A program made the translations under genes and the position numbers. 64,000 bases of DNA from an uncultured virus (IMG/VR IMGVR_UViG_3300037455_001519) (lineage: Duplodnaviria > Heunggongvirae > Uroviricota > Caudoviricetes): IMG/VR virus record IMGVR_UViG_3300037455_001519. The stretch is one strand, 5' to 3'. Below, piece after piece: positions 62,361-64,000 of this stretch (within the stretch, counting starts at the first letter, position 1; each line of letters opens with the position of its first letter). The notes under the pieces are model-generated. The model was not told the origin of the DNA. It saw nothing but the letters and a program-made list of their open reading frames with translations, and did no database searches.

Positions 62361-62492
62361 CTCCTAATATTGATATTTATTAATATAATTATAGCATATA
62401 TATATAGTATGTGCAAATAAAAGATGTTTTATAAAAAAGAAAAGTAGAAGAATTTATATAAAAATATTATATAATAAAAAAGAGGTGAGCCT

Positions 62493-63266
62493 ATGAAAAA
62501 GAAAATATATATACTGATGGCAATCTGTGTACTATTATTAACAGTAACCGGTTGTGGAAAACAAGATAACAATAATAAACAAAATAATAATTCTCAAAAC
62601 AAAATAAATATAGAAACGAGCGAAAGTGAAAATTATGAAGTTTTTACCAAAATGTCTATTAATGATTTATATGATGCTACGTGGTCAGATAATTCATTCT
62701 TCGTTTTATACTATGATGGTTCTGAAGCTTCTGAGTTACTAAAAAAAGAAGTAGAAAAATTAGGTCATAAATACAAATGGAACATTTATTTAATAGATAT
62801 AAATGAATTATATGAAGAAAAATTAAAAGAAAAAGACGTAATAGCCGAAATAGACTTAGAAAAACAAACGTTTATAGAAAAATATTGTAAATATATCGAA
62901 ATCAATGAAAGCAATATAAATTTATACAGTGAAGATGAAATTGAAACAAAAGATGGAAAACAAGTTGTCTTTGAATGTTCTGCTAAAGTTGCAAAAGAAA
63001 AAGACCCAGAAATTAATATAGAAGAAAATGAAATTCCAATGTATTCTTGCAATACCTGTGAAAAAGTAAAACGAGAAATATTAAATAGTTTAAACACAGA
63101 ATATGGAACAGATTTAGTATATTATCAAGAAGGAGATATCGCTGCAAGTCTTGACGGATATTTACCTGATGGATATCAATCTTTAAACTATTCTGAAAAG
63201 AATTCTTTAATCGAAGAATCTAACGATAATCTAGAAACTTGGTTTAAAGAAATAATTGAAGCATAA
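62493..63266 (+). CDS. Lipoprotein, possible thioredoxin-like fold without CxxC at the canonical site
   Basis: Lipobox VTGC; FFVLYYDGSEASE at the CxxC-equivalent position; CNTC later. Confidence 0.7.
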   Translation: MKKKIYILMAICVLLLTVTGCGKQDNNNKQNNNSQNKINIETSESENYEVFTKMSINDLYDATWSDNSFFVLYYDGSEASELLKKEVEKLGHKYKWNIYLIDINELYEEKLKEKDVIAEIDLEKQTFIEKYCKYIEINESNINLYSEDEIETKDGKQVVFECSAKVAKEKDPEINIEENEIPMYSCNTCEKVKREILNSLNTEYGTDLVYYQEGDIAASLDGYLPDGYQSLNYSEKNSLIEESNDNLETWFKEIIEA

Positions 63267-63288
63267 ATAAAAAAACTAGCTAATACAG

Positions 63289-64000
63289 CTAGTTTTCTTT
63301 TGAATATTTTTGAGGATTCTGTAATTGGTCAAGAGTTTGATTTTTTTCAGATTCATTGTTTACAACAATTACAGCACCTATATATTCTTTATTATTTAAT
63401 TTAATGCTATATGTGTATATTCCAGGTGTTGAAATATCAACATTTTCGGTATTTATTGTTAATTTATTTAACATATTTTTCGAAATATTTTCTTCTATAT
63501 AAGCATCATACTGATTAGGTAACATTGTATTTTTAACTAATACAATGTTTTTTAATGTAATATTGTCAATTACTTGCTCTTCAACTGATTTAGAGTCATT
63601 AGAATTAAAATATCTAATTAAAGTATAAGTATTTCCAACAATCAAGAATAACATTAACACAATAAATATTATATAAATTTTCTTTTTATTTGATGGATTA
63701 CTTTCTCTTATTTCGAACGATTTATTAGTTTTTTCATTAGTAACAATGAATTTCTTTTTTTCACTAATTAAATCTTCAATAAAATCAAAATCTAATTCCT
63801 GTTTATTGGCCAGATTTTTTATTTTAAGATTTGAAATAATCGTTTTAGCTTTTATTTCATCAATAACAACAGGTGAAATATTTTTTTCTTTATAAATCTT
63901 AAGAAGCGTTGAAGGAGCCCACTCTTCCGTAACCTTATCAAAACAATACTCGTCATCATCAATTACTTTTATTAAAGTATCATTTCTGAATAAATAATAT
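63289..64000 (-). CDS. Membrane protein with C-terminal Ig-like domain (start lies beyond right edge)
   Basis: Frame stays open from 63660 to the window end; TM KKKIYIIFIVLMLFLIVG; VDISTPGIYTY..KEYIGAVIVV like 44779. Confidence 0.75.
   Translation of the reverse strand, partial: YYLFRNDTLIKVIDDDEYCFDKVTEEWAPSTLLKIYKEKNISPVVIDEIKAKTIISNLKIKNLANKQELDFDFIEDLISEKKKFIVTNEKTNKSFEIRESNPSNKKKIYIIFIVLMLFLIVGNTYTLIRYFNSNDSKSVEEQVIDNITLKNIVLVKNTMLPNQYDAYIEENISKNMLNKLTINTENVDISTPGIYTYSIKLNNKEYIGAVIVVNNESEKNQTLDQLQNPQKYSKEN

Noticed and set aside
1028..63097. Many short antisense or alternate-frame ORFs in the track (e.g. 1028-1282, 18802-19110, 34233-34622, 41035-41253, 47586-47990, 54251-54616, 62786-63097)
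   Set aside because: They overlap well-supported genes, lack an RBS and have shadow-ORF composition
1..64000. CRISPR array, tRNA/rRNA, IS/transposase, integrase, virion genes
   Set aside because: No regularly spaced repeats, cloverleafs or diagnostic motifs recognised by eye

Overview
A very AT-rich (about one quarter GC by eye), gene-dense 64 kb segment with Bacillota-type signals: GGAGG ribosome-binding sites, sigma-A promoters and intrinsic terminators. It lacks chromosomal synteny, rRNA/tRNA, core metabolism and recognisable virion genes. It carries a divergent, scattered DNA replication and repair kit: DnaE, a DnaQ-like exonuclease, a probable cryptic beta-clamp, primase, an SSB-like protein, LigA, a GyrB/ParE subunit, Topo III, RuvC, two RecD2 helicases and Tmk. 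It also has a MoxR AAA+/vWA pair, a Replic_Relax-like protein, an S1-domain protein, a degenerate VirD4-like ATPase, ClpP and an HD-GYP phosphodiesterase. A large cell-surface set includes a sortase with an LPSTA substrate, tandem 1.4-1.5 kaa LamG/Gly-rich/FN3 adhesins, pilin-like microproteins and a CPHC thiol oxidoreductase. The best reading is part of a giant extrachromosomal element (megaplasmid-like; a jumbo phage is not excluded) of a low-GC Bacillota host. Signals absent from the ORF track: five proteins sharing an N-terminal NTN/NSN+hydrophobic leader, a structured ~112-nt ncRNA with an anti-SD-like loop, several small ORFs, apparent avoidance of GATC and CATG, and no TGA stop in any gene. 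All family calls are by motif recognition; no database searches were run.
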